A DNA stretch of 64,000 nucleotides from Verrucomicrobiota bacterium. Its GTDB lineage: Bacteria; Verrucomicrobiota; Verrucomicrobiia; Limisphaerales; AAA164-E04. The stretch is from positions 576,001 to 640,000 of the forward strand of contig CP170459.1 of assembly GCA_047947115.1 (NCBI GenBank). The letters are read 5' to 3'. Under the pieces are notes generated by a model. The model saw only the letters and a list, made by a program, of their open reading frames with translations, ran no database searches and was not told the origin of the DNA. Numbering within the stretch: position 1 is the stretch's first letter; each line of letters begins with the position of its first letter. A program made the position numbers and the translations under genes. Positions 22,690 to 33,054 of the stretch are shown here, piece by piece.

Positions 22690-23613
22690 TCATTTGCTGA
22701 CGGTTGAGGGAGGATCGACAGGCGTCTTGTTTTTCTTTTTCAACCAATCTCGGTGCACACGAGCGACCTCCCCCATGTATCCATTGCTTTTGTAATGCTG
22801 AGCGGCCTTGAGCATGTAATCGAAAGATTTATCCGCATCTCCCTTCGCTTCATGATAAAGCCCCAAATACAAGTGCGCATAAAAACTCTGCCGGATAAGC
22901 CCGCCATCAACCGCAGTTCCAGCATGAGCAGCCTTTAATACATCCTCTTCCGTTCCGTACCCCTTGAACAAGGCATACACCTGCATCATGGGAACCCTGG
23001 TATCCCCATCCAAACTAATCAAGGCCTTGCGGGCAGCTTCAAATCCTTCCAATTTGGAAACACATAAAAAGTGCCAGACGGCGTTTTCCACATCGTGACT
23101 GTTCACGTTTTGGTGAGATTCGAACAATTGGCGACCTTCCTGATGCTGCCCAGTGTAATAATAGGCGATGCCAAGCTGCCACAGGAAGGGTTTCTGTTCG
23201 GGACGAAACTCGGCATACTGCTCAAAATCAGCAACCGATTTCTCAAACTCACCCAAATTAAAATACTCAATCCCCCTCCGAAACCAGGCTTCATGCCTGG
23301 AGGAATCCAACTCGATCACTTTCGAAAAATCATCGACAGCAGCCTGATAGTTCCGCTCATACTGAAGAATATATCCTCTTGCCAGATAGGCAGGAATATA
23401 CTTGTCATCCTCTTTCAAAGCATCGGCAAACAGTGACTTGGCATCGTCAATGTTTCCAGCAGTGTAGGCACTGATGGCCCGTTGATGAAACTGCTCCGCC
23501 GCCAAGGTGTCAGCATAAGTGTTGACCACCATCAACAAACATATTAACCCACCTCCGCCCACTGCGGAAACCACTCTCCAAATCCATTGGAACTTGATTC
23601 TGTTAAACTGCAT
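22690..23613 (-). CDS. NlpI-like tetratricopeptide-repeat protein
   Basis: TPR repeats, LWQLGIAYYY, DVENAVW, FYAHLYLGLY. Start is uncertain (23613-23649). Confidence 0.8.
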   Translation of the reverse strand: MQFNRIKFQWIWRVVSAVGGGGLICLLMVVNTYADTLAAEQFHQRAISAYTAGNIDDAKSLFADALKEDDKYIPAYLARGYILQYERNYQAAVDDFSKVIELDSSRHEAWFRRGIEYFNLGEFEKSVADFEQYAEFRPEQKPFLWQLGIAYYYTGQHQEGRQLFESHQNVNSHDVENAVWHFLCVSKLEGFEAARKALISLDGDTRVPMMQVYALFKGYGTEEDVLKAAHAGTAVDGGLIRQSFYAHLYLGLYHEAKGDADKSFDYMLKAAQHYKSNGYMGEVARVHRDWLKKKNKTPVDPPSTVSK

Positions 23614-23766
23614 AAATCCAACCAATACGTTGACTGCATACAAGGTCAAATAAAAACCATTAGCAAAAGAATAAGATACAAAGCCATAAAACCGCCTCTG
23701 CTTGGATCACAACCGCCCCCCCATTTGGAGGATGAAGAAATTGACTTTCAATGGTAGGGTGGTTGC

Positions 23767-24492
23767 GTGAGTCATCCGACATTTCAGCAAACTAAACACC
23801 GGCCATGGCCCTTGCCCAACAGGAACTGGATTGGATGCCAAGTATGGCACGATTTGTTGTTTGTTCACTGGGAAGTGGATAAAGACTGGCTTCGCAAGCA
23901 GATTCCACCTCAATTGAGCCTGGACTTATTCGATGACAAGGCATGGATCGGAATCGTTCCATTCGATATGAAAGGAGTCAGATTCCGCGGGCTCCCAGCG
24001 CCGAGTTGGATATGTGATTTTCCTGAAGTAAATGTGCGCACCTACGTGCGCTATGAGGATAAACCCGGAGTGTGGTTCTTCAGTCTGGATGTCCCTAACC
24101 CATTGGCGGTATGGGTAGCCCGAAACTTCTACCATTTACCCTATTTCAAGGCCAAAATGCACATTCGGCAGCAAGGAAGGACTTACCATTACCATCATCA
24201 ACGCGGAGCGCTGCGATTTAATTCCACCTACAAACCTCTGGGCCGAATCGAAGTGCCAAACCACTCATTCGAGACATGGTCAACCGAGCGCTATTGCCTT
24301 TATACTCAAAAAAAGGGAAGCATTCTCTACCGTGCTCAAATCCATCATCCCAAATGGCCCTTGGAACGGGCGGCATTGGACATTCATCAAAACACCTTGC
24401 TCAACCAAATTCCGGTCGGAAGACAGCATCCGGCCATCCTGTTTTCGAAAAAAATCGACGTCGTCATTTATCCGCTCGAAAAACTCACTTAG
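23767..24492 (+). CDS. DUF2071 (YqjF-like) protein
   Basis: WHDLLFVHW, EVNVRTYV, GVWFFSLD, TERYCLY. Confidence 0.88.
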   Translation: MSHPTFQQTKHRPWPLPNRNWIGCQVWHDLLFVHWEVDKDWLRKQIPPQLSLDLFDDKAWIGIVPFDMKGVRFRGLPAPSWICDFPEVNVRTYVRYEDKPGVWFFSLDVPNPLAVWVARNFYHLPYFKAKMHIRQQGRTYHYHHQRGALRFNSTYKPLGRIEVPNHSFETWSTERYCLYTQKKGSILYRAQIHHPKWPLERAALDIHQNTLLNQIPVGRQHPAILFSKKIDVVIYPLEKLT

Positions 24493-24570
24493 ATAAAATA
24501 CGGCTCACACATTGAGTATGCTCAGCCGCATCTTATTGACTCCATACCCATTATCATCATCAGCTCACTC

Positions 24571-25293
24571 ATGAACGCTCAGAATACTGTTGGAAACATA
24601 TTGAAAGAACTCGGGAAACTGGGCACTCCCAGCACCAAACGCATGCTGATGAACAATCACGGCATTAAGGAACCTTGCTTTGGCGTAAAAATTGGGGATA
24701 TGAAGCCCATTGTCAAACGCATCAAGTCCGACTATCAGCTAGCTCTGGACCTGTATGCAACCGGAAACTACGATGCGATGTATTTGGCGGGACTGATCGC
24801 AGAAGACGAAAGAATGACAAAAAAGGACCTCCAACAATGGGCCAAGAAAGCTTACGGAGGCTCTTTACCGGGATACACAGTTGCATGGGTGGCGGCGGGC
24901 AGCAGGCACGGCTGGGAAATGGGATTAAAATGGATCGAATCCCCCAAAGCACATGTCGCGGCGGCTGGATGGAGCACCCTGGCATGCCTTATGGGAATGA
25001 ACCCAGATGAAGAAATTGACCTGCCCCATGTGAAAAAATTGATTGAGCGTATTATAAAAACCATTCATGAAGTAGCGGATTTGGTCCGGTACTTCATGAA
25101 CGGATTCCTGATTGCCGTTGGATGCGGAGTCTCATCCTTGACGGATACCATTAAAAAAGCAGCCCAAAAAATAGGTCCGGTGAAAGTTTATTTGGGAAAT
25201 AATCAATGCAAAACACCCTCAATCGAGGACTATATCCTTAAAGTGGAACAAAGGGGCGGTATCGGCAAAAAGAGAAAAAACATAAAATGTTGA
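24571..25293 (+). CDS. DNA alkylation repair (AlkD-like HEAT) protein
   Basis: FGVKIGDMK, YDAMYLAGLI, C-terminal GKKRKNIKC typical of this family. Confidence 0.8.
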   Translation: MNAQNTVGNILKELGKLGTPSTKRMLMNNHGIKEPCFGVKIGDMKPIVKRIKSDYQLALDLYATGNYDAMYLAGLIAEDERMTKKDLQQWAKKAYGGSLPGYTVAWVAAGSRHGWEMGLKWIESPKAHVAAAGWSTLACLMGMNPDEEIDLPHVKKLIERIIKTIHEVADLVRYFMNGFLIAVGCGVSSLTDTIKKAAQKIGPVKVYLGNNQCKTPSIEDYILKVEQRGGIGKKRKNIKC

Positions 25294-25353
25294 GCCGGCA
25301 CGAAGAGTTGCCAATGAGGCAAAAGTGTCAATAGTTGGGACTGACCCCCAAAC

Positions 25354-25381
25354 TTGACACATGGTCGTAAAACTCTATATT
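25354..25381 (+). promoter_or_regulatory. sigma70 promoter of kamA-nth (TTGACA-N16-TATATT)
   Basis: Perfect -35, with the -10 ending 8 nt before ATG 25390. The ORF track's TTG start at 25354 is probably this -35 box. Confidence 0.55.
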
Positions 25382-25389
25382 GCACGATA

Positions 25390-26640
25390 ATGGCTGACGA
25401 AACCTTTTCCGAGCAGGAGCTTTCCCGGGTTTCGGAGGAATTCCTATCGCTCAAGCGGTTCACCTCCGGAGGACGTGGACCTTGGCATGCCGTTCCGGAT
25501 TCCGATTGGAATGACTGGAAATGGCAACTTAAGCATCGCATCAACAACCTGGAACATCTGGAAGCGAATCTCACGTATCTTTCCGCCGAAGAAATCCAGG
25601 GCGCGGAGCTGGCCAACACCAAATTAGCCCTCGGAATCACTCCCTACTTTTTCAACCTGATGGACACGAGCAACCCCCGGTGTCCCATACGCCGCCAAGT
25701 CGTGCCACGGGTGGAAGAAACGCACCAAACCTCATGGGACATGTCAGATCCCTGCGGAGAGGATGACCATTCCCCGGTTCCCGGGTTGGTTCATCGCTAT
25801 CCAGATCGAGTACTGTTTCTGGTAACCGACCGATGTGCGGCCTATTGCCGATATTGCACCCGCTCGCGCCTGGTCAGCAATGCTTCCGGTTATGGTTTCA
25901 CTCCGGACTATCAACGACAAATCGACTATATCCGAAGGCATCCTGAAATCCGGGACGTGCTTCTCAGCGGAGGCGATCCTTTGTTGCTGAGCGACACCAA
26001 ACTGGAGTTCTTGCTCAAATCACTCCGCGACATCCCTCATTTGGAGTTTATCCGGATCGGCAGTCGCATACCCATTTTCCTCCCACAACGCATCACTCCT
26101 GATTTGTGCGAGATGCTCAAGCAATTCCACCCTCTTTTCATGAGCATTCACACGAACCACCCCAGAGAGTTAACCCTGGAAGTTAAGGAAGGATTGGAAC
26201 GGCTGGCTAATGCAGGCATTCCGCTGGGCAATCAGTCCGTTTTGTTGAGAGGGGTCAACGATTCCGTTCCGATCATGAAGGCTCTGATTCAAAAGCTGCT
26301 GATGTGTCGGGTCCGGCCTTACTACCTTTACCAATGCGACCTGATTTCAGGCTCCTCCCACCTGCGCACAAGCGTCAGGAAAGGCATTGAGATCATGCGG
26401 CAGCTTCGGGGGCACACCACCGGTTACGCAGTGCCTCAGTATGTGATTGACGCTCCGGGTGGCGGAGGGAAAGTCCCGATCAATCCGGAATACATACTCA
26501 GCCACAACAACGAACGCGTGGTGATCCGGAATTTCGAAGGCAAAGTGTTTGAGTACCCCGAGCAAGTCGATCTGCCCGAGACTCAAGAGGATTCCATTGC
26601 CTGCTGCAGCCAGACCGCTGAAGGCATTTCGCAAGACTGA
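25390..26640 (+). CDS. KamA-family radical SAM protein (lysine 2,3-aminomutase-like)
   Basis: HRYPDRVL, CAAYCRYC, SGGDPL, NQSVLLRGVND, DAPGGGGK (PLP Lys). Confidence 0.92.
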   Translation: MADETFSEQELSRVSEEFLSLKRFTSGGRGPWHAVPDSDWNDWKWQLKHRINNLEHLEANLTYLSAEEIQGAELANTKLALGITPYFFNLMDTSNPRCPIRRQVVPRVEETHQTSWDMSDPCGEDDHSPVPGLVHRYPDRVLFLVTDRCAAYCRYCTRSRLVSNASGYGFTPDYQRQIDYIRRHPEIRDVLLSGGDPLLLSDTKLEFLLKSLRDIPHLEFIRIGSRIPIFLPQRITPDLCEMLKQFHPLFMSIHTNHPRELTLEVKEGLERLANAGIPLGNQSVLLRGVNDSVPIMKALIQKLLMCRVRPYYLYQCDLISGSSHLRTSVRKGIEIMRQLRGHTTGYAVPQYVIDAPGGGGKVPINPEYILSHNNERVVIRNFEGKVFEYPEQVDLPETQEDSIACCSQTAEGISQD

Positions 26641-26660
26641 AAATCGCCTGAGCTTTCAAC

Positions 26661-27314
26661 ATGCCCAGAGAATCACTTCAGTCCAAACGTGATCGCATGG
26701 CAAGGGTCATCCAAGGATTGAGGCATACCTACCCGGATGCGCACTGTGAGTTGAACTACAGCAATCCGCTTCAGCTTTTGATCGCAACAATCCTCTCAGC
26801 TCAATGCACGGACAAGCAAGTCAACATCGTCACCGAATCCTTGTTCAAGAAATACCGTTCAGCTGATGATTATGCCGCAGCCTCGCAAGAGGCGTTGGAG
26901 TCGGACATTCGCCGCATAGGCCTATTTAGGAGCAAGGCCAGGAATATCCGCCTTTGCTGCCGAACTCTGGTGGAAGAACACCAGGGCAAAGTCCCGCCGC
27001 ACATGTCCTCCCTCATCCAACTGGCAGGAGTCGGCAGAAAAACCGCCAACGTCGTCCTTGGCAACGCGTTTGACATCAATGAAGGAATCGTGGTCGACAC
27101 CCATGTCAAACGCCTTTCAGAGCGACTGCGTTTCTCAAAAGCGACCCATCCGGAAAAAGTAGAAACAGATCTTCAAAAACTGGTACCAAAAGAAGAGTGG
27201 ACCCTGATCAGTCATTGGCTGATCTGGCATGGAAGGCGCCGGTGCCCGGCAAGAAAGCCTCAGTGCCAGGAATGCGAAATCAACAAACTCTGTCCGTCTG
27301 GTTTCCTTGCCTAG
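26661..27314 (+). CDS. nth: endonuclease III
   Basis: LSAQCTD, HhH LAGVGRKTANV, VDTHV, FeS motif C-x6-C-x2-C-x5-C. Confidence 0.96.
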   Translation: MPRESLQSKRDRMARVIQGLRHTYPDAHCELNYSNPLQLLIATILSAQCTDKQVNIVTESLFKKYRSADDYAAASQEALESDIRRIGLFRSKARNIRLCCRTLVEEHQGKVPPHMSSLIQLAGVGRKTANVVLGNAFDINEGIVVDTHVKRLSERLRFSKATHPEKVETDLQKLVPKEEWTLISHWLIWHGRRRCPARKPQCQECEINKLCPSGFLA

Positions 27315-27340
27315 CCCACGGGGGAAATTCCACACGGCAC

Positions 27341-27372
27341 AAAAAAACGCCCCAGGTTGATACCCAGGGCGT
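27341..27372 (-). terminator. rho-independent terminator of the prepilin-type gene
   Basis: Minus strand ACGCCCTGGG-TATCAA-CCTGGGGCGT followed by a T-tract. Confidence 0.75.
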
Positions 27373-27401
27373 GTGATGAGATTTAATTCGAAAACTTCGG
27401 A

Positions 27402-28175
27402 TCAACGACCACGGAAATCTTCGTCACCAGGAGCGGCAATTTGCACTTCGCTCAGCTGGGTGTCACGGATACCAACACGGAGTTTGGAATCGGTGAAACC
27501 CTGAACGGAACCGTCACCCAGAACCGTGTTACCGGAGGTATCATGGATGTTCTTGTCATAACCAGGAGAAGGTTCTGGCAAGGGTGGCGGATCATTGCGG
27601 CGAGCACGCATGCGGAAACGGAATACGATGCCGGAGCTGATGTCGGTGCGGTCCGAGTTGGTGATGTTACGATCACCGGACAGCAAGCTCTGAGGCAGTG
27701 TTTCGTCTGCTTCAAATCCAACGAAGTAACTGATGTTCTGGTTGGAGTTGAAGGCAGTCTGCACGTTGTCAGAGCTGGAACGGATACGATTGGTGTTCCA
27801 GGTGGAGGATTCCACACGTCCCAAACCGTCACTCGGGCAGAGGACGATCTTAGGCGTCTGCAATTCGTTTGAAAGCGAGAGGAAGTGTCTCCACACCAAT
27901 CCGGCTCCCGAACGAAGTTCCGCAGCACTGGATGATCCACCCTGATCATCAGGTACAGCCATGGGGTACAAATCCCCATTGTCCGTAGCGAAAATGCGGA
28001 AGGCCAACCCGACGTTCTTCAGGTTGCTCACACATTTGATTTTCTGCGCCTTTGCCTTGGCCTTGGCCAACGCCGGCAACAGCATGCCCGCCAAAATGGC
28101 GATGATTGCAATCACGACCAGCAGCTCGATGAGCGTGAATGCACCTAATTTGGTTTTACGCAAATGTTGGTTCAT
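27402..28175 (-). CDS. prepilin-type N-terminal cleavage/methylation protein (DUF1559-like, H-X9-DG C-terminal motif)
   Basis: [43 protein letters not shown]. Confidence 0.9.
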   Translation of the reverse strand: MNQHLRKTKLGAFTLIELLVVIAIIAILAGMLLPALAKAKAKAQKIKCVSNLKNVGLAFRIFATDNGDLYPMAVPDDQGGSSSAAELRSGAGLVWRHFLSLSNELQTPKIVLCPSDGLGRVESSTWNTNRIRSSSDNVQTAFNSNQNISYFVGFEADETLPQSLLSGDRNITNSDRTDISSGIVFRFRMRARRNDPPPLPEPSPGYDKNIHDTSGNTVLGDGSVQGFTDSKLRVGIRDTQLSEVQIAAPGDEDFRGR

Positions 28176-28320
28176 ACTAATTACGTTTGTTTATTATATG
28201 TCAATTTTTGGGTTGCTCAGGGGAAGCATGTACAAATCAACTCTGTGTTACTATCGGTGTTTGCACTAATAATATATCAGGGTTTACTTGTATCAACAAG
28301 CTGCGCGTCATGAAATCAAA

Positions 28321-29016
28321 TCACAAACTGCTCTTCCCCTCAACCCAGCGAACGGCAAACTGAATCAGCTCGGAGCGGGACTGGACATGCAATTTCTGAC
28401 GGATATGCGCCCGGTGAGTCTCGACTGTTTTGATACTCATATGCAATAGATTGGAAATATCCCGAGAAGTTCTTCCCCGCCCGATCTGGTCGAGCACTTC
28501 CAGTTCGCGATCCGTCAACTGATCCACCGGTGAAAAGGCGGAAGAGACCGCCCTGCCACTCAACCTGTCCAGCATGCGAACGTTCATTTCGGGACTCAGA
28601 TAGACAGCGCCTGAGAGCACCTTGACCACCGCTTCCACCAATACGGATGGAGGATGGGACTTCATCAAATACCCGCGTCCACCTGCGGTTAACACTCGTT
28701 CTGCATAGTAATGTTCCTCATGCATGGAGTAGACCAACACATTAAGTTCCGGGAGACGTCTGCGTGCTTCTTTGATAAACTCCAATCCGCTATGTCCCTC
28801 CAAAGTCAGATCGGCAATGACAAGGTCAGGAAGCAGAACCTGAACTTTCTCAAGCGCTTCATGCACATTATCAGCCTCGCCACAGATCCTGAACCCAGGC
28901 TCATCTTCCAGCAGATGCTTGATTCCGTGGCGCATCATGGGATGATCTTCCAACAGAAAAATCCTGTTGGATGCAGGCGGCAGCTTTGACTGAAGCTTGT
29001 CGGCGGTTTGATTCAT
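28321..29016 (-). CDS. NarL/LuxR-family response regulator
   Basis: LEDHPMMR, ADL, GYLMK, HTH LTDRELEV...KTVETHR. Start is probably ATG 29016. Confidence 0.92.
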   Translation of the reverse strand: MNQTADKLQSKLPPASNRIFLLEDHPMMRHGIKHLLEDEPGFRICGEADNVHEALEKVQVLLPDLVIADLTLEGHSGLEFIKEARRRLPELNVLVYSMHEEHYYAERVLTAGGRGYLMKSHPPSVLVEAVVKVLSGAVYLSPEMNVRMLDRLSGRAVSSAFSPVDQLTDRELEVLDQIGRGRTSRDISNLLHMSIKTVETHRAHIRQKLHVQSRSELIQFAVRWVEGKSSL

Positions 29017-29096
29017 GGCACTTCCCATCCTGGTGTGGGACACTCGAACCAAATGCAGGAGGATCGATTGATTGGCAATACTTTTATGCGCAAGGG

Positions 29097-30260
29097 ATGC
29101 ACAAAATGATTTTGGTTTTGGCAGATGATTTCTCGGGGGCAGCCGAATTAGCGGGCATCGCCCATCATCTTGGTTTTTCCGCGGAAGTCCAGACCCGCTT
29201 CGATGCCGGCAGCACTTCGGAAGTGGTCGCACTGGACACGCAAACACGCGCCCTTCCCAAAAAGGAAGCGGTAGATCGCCTGCAAAACATCCTGGATGCC
29301 ATCGAAAATCAACCCTATTCCTGGATCTACAAGAAAGTCGATTCGGTCATGCGCGGGCACGTACTGGCAGAGACGGAGACGATCATGTCAAAGGCGCGAT
29401 TGGAGCAGGCAGTCATCATTTCAGCCAACCCATCCAAAGGTAGGATTGTCCGTAACGGTCATTACTGGATCCACCAGACTCCGCTTCAGCAAACGTTATT
29501 TGCCAAAGACCCCACCTTTCCAGCGCTGACGTCCAATGTCCTTAAACTTTTGGGAGCAGCTTCGCAACAGGTCGTGCATTCGGTCACATCCTTCGAAAGC
29601 ACACTACCACCGGGTGTCCTGGTCCCGGATGTGGAACTCCCGAGGGATGTTGCAGGCTGGGCTAAATCGTTGCCATCATCCTGTCTCGCCGTTGGAGGTG
29701 TCGACTTCTTCAAAGCAATACTGAACCAAAGGCACCCGAAGAGAAAAGGCCCGTTAAACAGCAACCACCCCACTCGCCCGACGTCACGTATCCTAGTTTG
29801 CGGCAGTCTGGCTGCATGCCAATCAGGCAGGATGGATTTCTGGAGTCAGCGCTCCCTCCCTGTATTTCTGTTGCCTAAGGAGTGGCTGGCATCTCGAAAA
29901 GCAGACCTGCCGCCTTCTTGGGCAAAACCAGTGCTGGATTCCATCAAGGAGGGAGCTTTCTGCATGATCGGCATTGGGGAGCATGACTTGGAATGCGGCA
30001 TGGACACAGCTTTGCCTGCAAAACGTCTGGTGTTGGCCATTGACAAGCTGAACCGAGCCCATCCGATCAACCAAATTCTGGTGGAAGGGGGCGAAACGGC
30101 GATTCTCCTCATGCAATCACTGAGCCATCACCAGTTCTCTGTCATCCACAGTTCTCCGGAAGGTATCCCCGAACTGGTCCCCGTCGGGCACACCACCCCA
30201 CGCATCGTCCCCAAACCAGGCAGTTACCCCTGGCCGGATGAATTCCTTGATACCGATTAG
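29097..30260 (+). CDS. four-carbon acid sugar kinase family protein (DUF1537/DtnK-like)
   Basis: ADDFSGA, DTQTR, YKKVDSVMRG, VCGS, EGGETA, KPGS. Confidence 0.88.
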   Translation: MHKMILVLADDFSGAAELAGIAHHLGFSAEVQTRFDAGSTSEVVALDTQTRALPKKEAVDRLQNILDAIENQPYSWIYKKVDSVMRGHVLAETETIMSKARLEQAVIISANPSKGRIVRNGHYWIHQTPLQQTLFAKDPTFPALTSNVLKLLGAASQQVVHSVTSFESTLPPGVLVPDVELPRDVAGWAKSLPSSCLAVGGVDFFKAILNQRHPKRKGPLNSNHPTRPTSRILVCGSLAACQSGRMDFWSQRSLPVFLLPKEWLASRKADLPPSWAKPVLDSIKEGAFCMIGIGEHDLECGMDTALPAKRLVLAIDKLNRAHPINQILVEGGETAILLMQSLSHHQFSVIHSSPEGIPELVPVGHTTPRIVPKPGSYPWPDEFLDTD

Positions 30261-30281
30261 AGATGAGGTTTCAATAGCCGG

Positions 30282-31208
30282 ATGCATTTCAAGCTTCATC
30301 AGAACAGGAATGAATCTAGCCGGCTGCCTTGGTTGGTCACCGTCCTCCTGTCCATCATGATTCAAACGACCGCCCTCGCCCAACCCGCCACCATGGAAAT
30401 CGAAAAAGACATCACCTATGCCCATACGGGAACGCGCGCATTGAAGCTCGATCTTTACCATCCCAGCCAATCCGGCGACCAACCCTTGATTGTCTGGATT
30501 CACGGGGGCGCGTGGCGAGCAGGAGACAAGTCAAGCATGCCATTGAAATCACTGGTCGAAGATGGTTTTCAGATCGCCAGCATCGACTATCGATTAACAA
30601 CGGAGGCCCGATTTCCAGCCAACGTGCACGACATCAAGGCAGCCATTCGGTACTTGAGAGCCAACGGTGCCCAACACAAACTCAACACAAACACCATACT
30701 GATTGCGGGCGCATCGGCGGGCGGCCATCTTGCAGCCCTGGTGGGCGTCAGCAATGGTCAAGAAGCGCTGGAAGGAACATTGGGGAAACACACCACAACC
30801 TCTTCGGACGTACAAGGCATCGTGTCCTTTTATGGAGCCTCCAATCTGACAAGCATTCTCAACCAGTCCACACCCCATGGACTCGGCGTTCGCATCCCCG
30901 CCTTGCAACTCCTGCTGGGCGGACAACCCGGGGACAAAGTCGAGCTCGCCGAACTGGCCAGCCCGGTGTTTCATGTGGGGCCAAACGATCCTCCGCTCCT
31001 CCTCATCCATGGCGACCAGGACCCGCAAATGCCCATCAACCAATCCCACGAACTGGTCGGGGCATACAAACTGCACAACCTACCCGTGCACCTGGAAGTC
31101 ATCCACGGAGCTGCCCACGGTGGAGCAACTTTTTATGACACCCCACGAATGGAACTGCTGAAGGCATTTTTAAAAGAACACCGCTTGCATACTGCCGCTA
31201 AAGATTGA
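30282..31208 (+). CDS. exported alpha/beta hydrolase (esterase, BD-FAE-like)
   Basis: HGGAW, GASAGG nucleophile, HGDQD, GAAHG. Confidence 0.9.
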   Translation: MHFKLHQNRNESSRLPWLVTVLLSIMIQTTALAQPATMEIEKDITYAHTGTRALKLDLYHPSQSGDQPLIVWIHGGAWRAGDKSSMPLKSLVEDGFQIASIDYRLTTEARFPANVHDIKAAIRYLRANGAQHKLNTNTILIAGASAGGHLAALVGVSNGQEALEGTLGKHTTTSSDVQGIVSFYGASNLTSILNQSTPHGLGVRIPALQLLLGGQPGDKVELAELASPVFHVGPNDPPLLLIHGDQDPQMPINQSHELVGAYKLHNLPVHLEVIHGAAHGGATFYDTPRMELLKAFLKEHRLHTAAKD

Positions 31209-31233
31209 AGGATGACCCATCTTCGCACCGGGC

Positions 31234-33054
31234 ATGAAAACAGCCATCAAGTGGATCAGCACTCTCTGCGCCATCATAACCTGCCAGGCAGAGTCCCGGG
31301 CTCCTGATTGGAGTCGTGAGGCGGTGTGGTATCAGATCTTTCCCGAACGATTTGCAAACGGCGATCCCAGCAATGACCCGGTCCGGGAAAGCCTGTTCGG
31401 CACCTGGCCATACCTGGTCCCTGAGGATTGGGAAGTGTCCCCTTGGACTCAGGATTGGTATGAACAACAACCCTGGGAAAAAAACACCGGTAAGGACTTT
31501 TATTACACCGCTCAGTTGCGACGATTTGGTGGCGACATCCAGGGCATTCTCAACAAGCTCGATTACCTTCAGGATCTGGGCGTCAACACCCTCTATCTGA
31601 ATCCTGTATTCGACTCAGCTTCGCTGCACAAATACGGCGCCACCTACTTTCATCACGTCGATCGTCATTTTGGTCCCGACCCAATGGGTGACACGGCATT
31701 GTTTGCCAAGGAAAACCCGGTGGAGCCTTCCACATGGAAGTGGTCGGCCGCCGACCAGCTCTTTTTGAACCTGATCAATGAGGTCCATCGTCGCAGCATG
31801 CGCATTATTATTGATGGCGTTTTCAACCACGTCGGCATTCCTTTCTGGGCGTTTCAACACGCCATTGAAAACGGACCAGAGGGCCCTTACGCATCCTGGT
31901 TTCACATCGATCAGTGGGACGATCCCTCCACCGATGCAAATGAACTTGTTTACCATGGGTGGGTGGGTGTCCAGGACCTCCCTGAACTGCGCAAAAACGA
32001 AAACGGCCCCATGGACGACGTGCGCCAACACATCAAGGCAGTGGTGAATCGATGGATGGATCCCAATGGTGACGGAGATCCGTCCGACGGCGTGGATGGA
32101 TGGCGACTGGATGTGGCCGCAGAAGTTCCCTTGACCTTCTGGAAAGAATTCCGAACCTGGGTCAAAGCGATCCGTCCCGATGCCTATACAACTGGAGAAA
32201 TCTGGTGGGAAGATTATCAAAACCATGGTTACGCCAACGCCTCCCCATGGTTGCAAGGCGACGCCTTCGATGCGGTTATGAATTATCGTTTCGGGGACCT
32301 GGTGTATCGTTTTATGAACCAGGTTTCCTCCCCATTGGACGCCCAAAACTTTGCCATCGAATGGAACCGCATCAAGTCCGACTACGACTATCCCACCATG
32401 CTGGCACTTCAAAACCTCATGGGCAGTCATGACACCAGTCGCATCGGCTCCGCCGTTGTGAACCCGGATGCCCGGCAGGATCATGACGCCAACCTCCAGA
32501 ATCATCCCAATTACCTAGTCCGCGCTCCCAACTCGGAAGAGCTGACTGTTCAAAGATTGATGGTGGCCTATCAAATGTTCGCCCCCGGCGCGCCATTTGT
32601 TTATTACGGAGACGAAGCGGGTATGTGGGGTGCGGACGATCCCGATTGCCGCAAACCGATGGTGTGGCCCGACGTCCGCCATGCTAATGAAAAGACACAT
32701 CCCTTGGGATTGCGACGCACCACTGATAAGGTGACGTTCAACCACGACCTGCACACTTTTTACAAGCAAGCCATTCACATGCGGCGAAATGAACCCTGTC
32801 TGAATCAAGGCTCATTCGAGTTCCTCACCGCAGGCGAAAGCCAACGATGGATGGCTTGCCTGAGACGGCACGGAGACTGTGTCATCGTCGGCATTTTCAA
32901 TGCTCATCCGGAACCTTGCATCGTCGACCTGGAGCATTTGGGAATTCACAATACCAACGATGTCTGGGACTGCTTGTTGGGAGTCGCTCCCGAGAACAGT
33001 CCGGTCAGAATCCCTGCCAAATCGTTTTCCATCCTCAAAAGAACGGCTCGATGA
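31234..33054 (+). CDS. GH13 glycoside hydrolase (neopullulanase/cyclomaltodextrinase-like), exported
   Basis: YQIFPERF, DGVFNH, GWRLDVA, GEIW, SHD, YYGDE..MWG.DDPDCR. Confidence 0.93.
   Translation: MKTAIKWISTLCAIITCQAESRAPDWSREAVWYQIFPERFANGDPSNDPVRESLFGTWPYLVPEDWEVSPWTQDWYEQQPWEKNTGKDFYYTAQLRRFGGDIQGILNKLDYLQDLGVNTLYLNPVFDSASLHKYGATYFHHVDRHFGPDPMGDTALFAKENPVEPSTWKWSAADQLFLNLINEVHRRSMRIIIDGVFNHVGIPFWAFQHAIENGPEGPYASWFHIDQWDDPSTDANELVYHGWVGVQDLPELRKNENGPMDDVRQHIKAVVNRWMDPNGDGDPSDGVDGWRLDVAAEVPLTFWKEFRTWVKAIRPDAYTTGEIWWEDYQNHGYANASPWLQGDAFDAVMNYRFGDLVYRFMNQVSSPLDAQNFAIEWNRIKSDYDYPTMLALQNLMGSHDTSRIGSAVVNPDARQDHDANLQNHPNYLVRAPNSEELTVQRLMVAYQMFAPGAPFVYYGDEAGMWGADDPDCRKPMVWPDVRHANEKTHPLGLRRTTDKVTFNHDLHTFYKQAIHMRRNEPCLNQGSFEFLTAGESQRWMACLRRHGDCVIVGIFNAHPEPCIVDLEHLGIHNTNDVWDCLLGVAPENSPVRIPAKSFSILKRTAR

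Noticed and set aside
30329..31138. 269-aa same-strand alternative-frame ORF inside the esterase
   Set aside because: The Arg/Pro/His-rich composition is typical of an off-frame read, with no family motifs.
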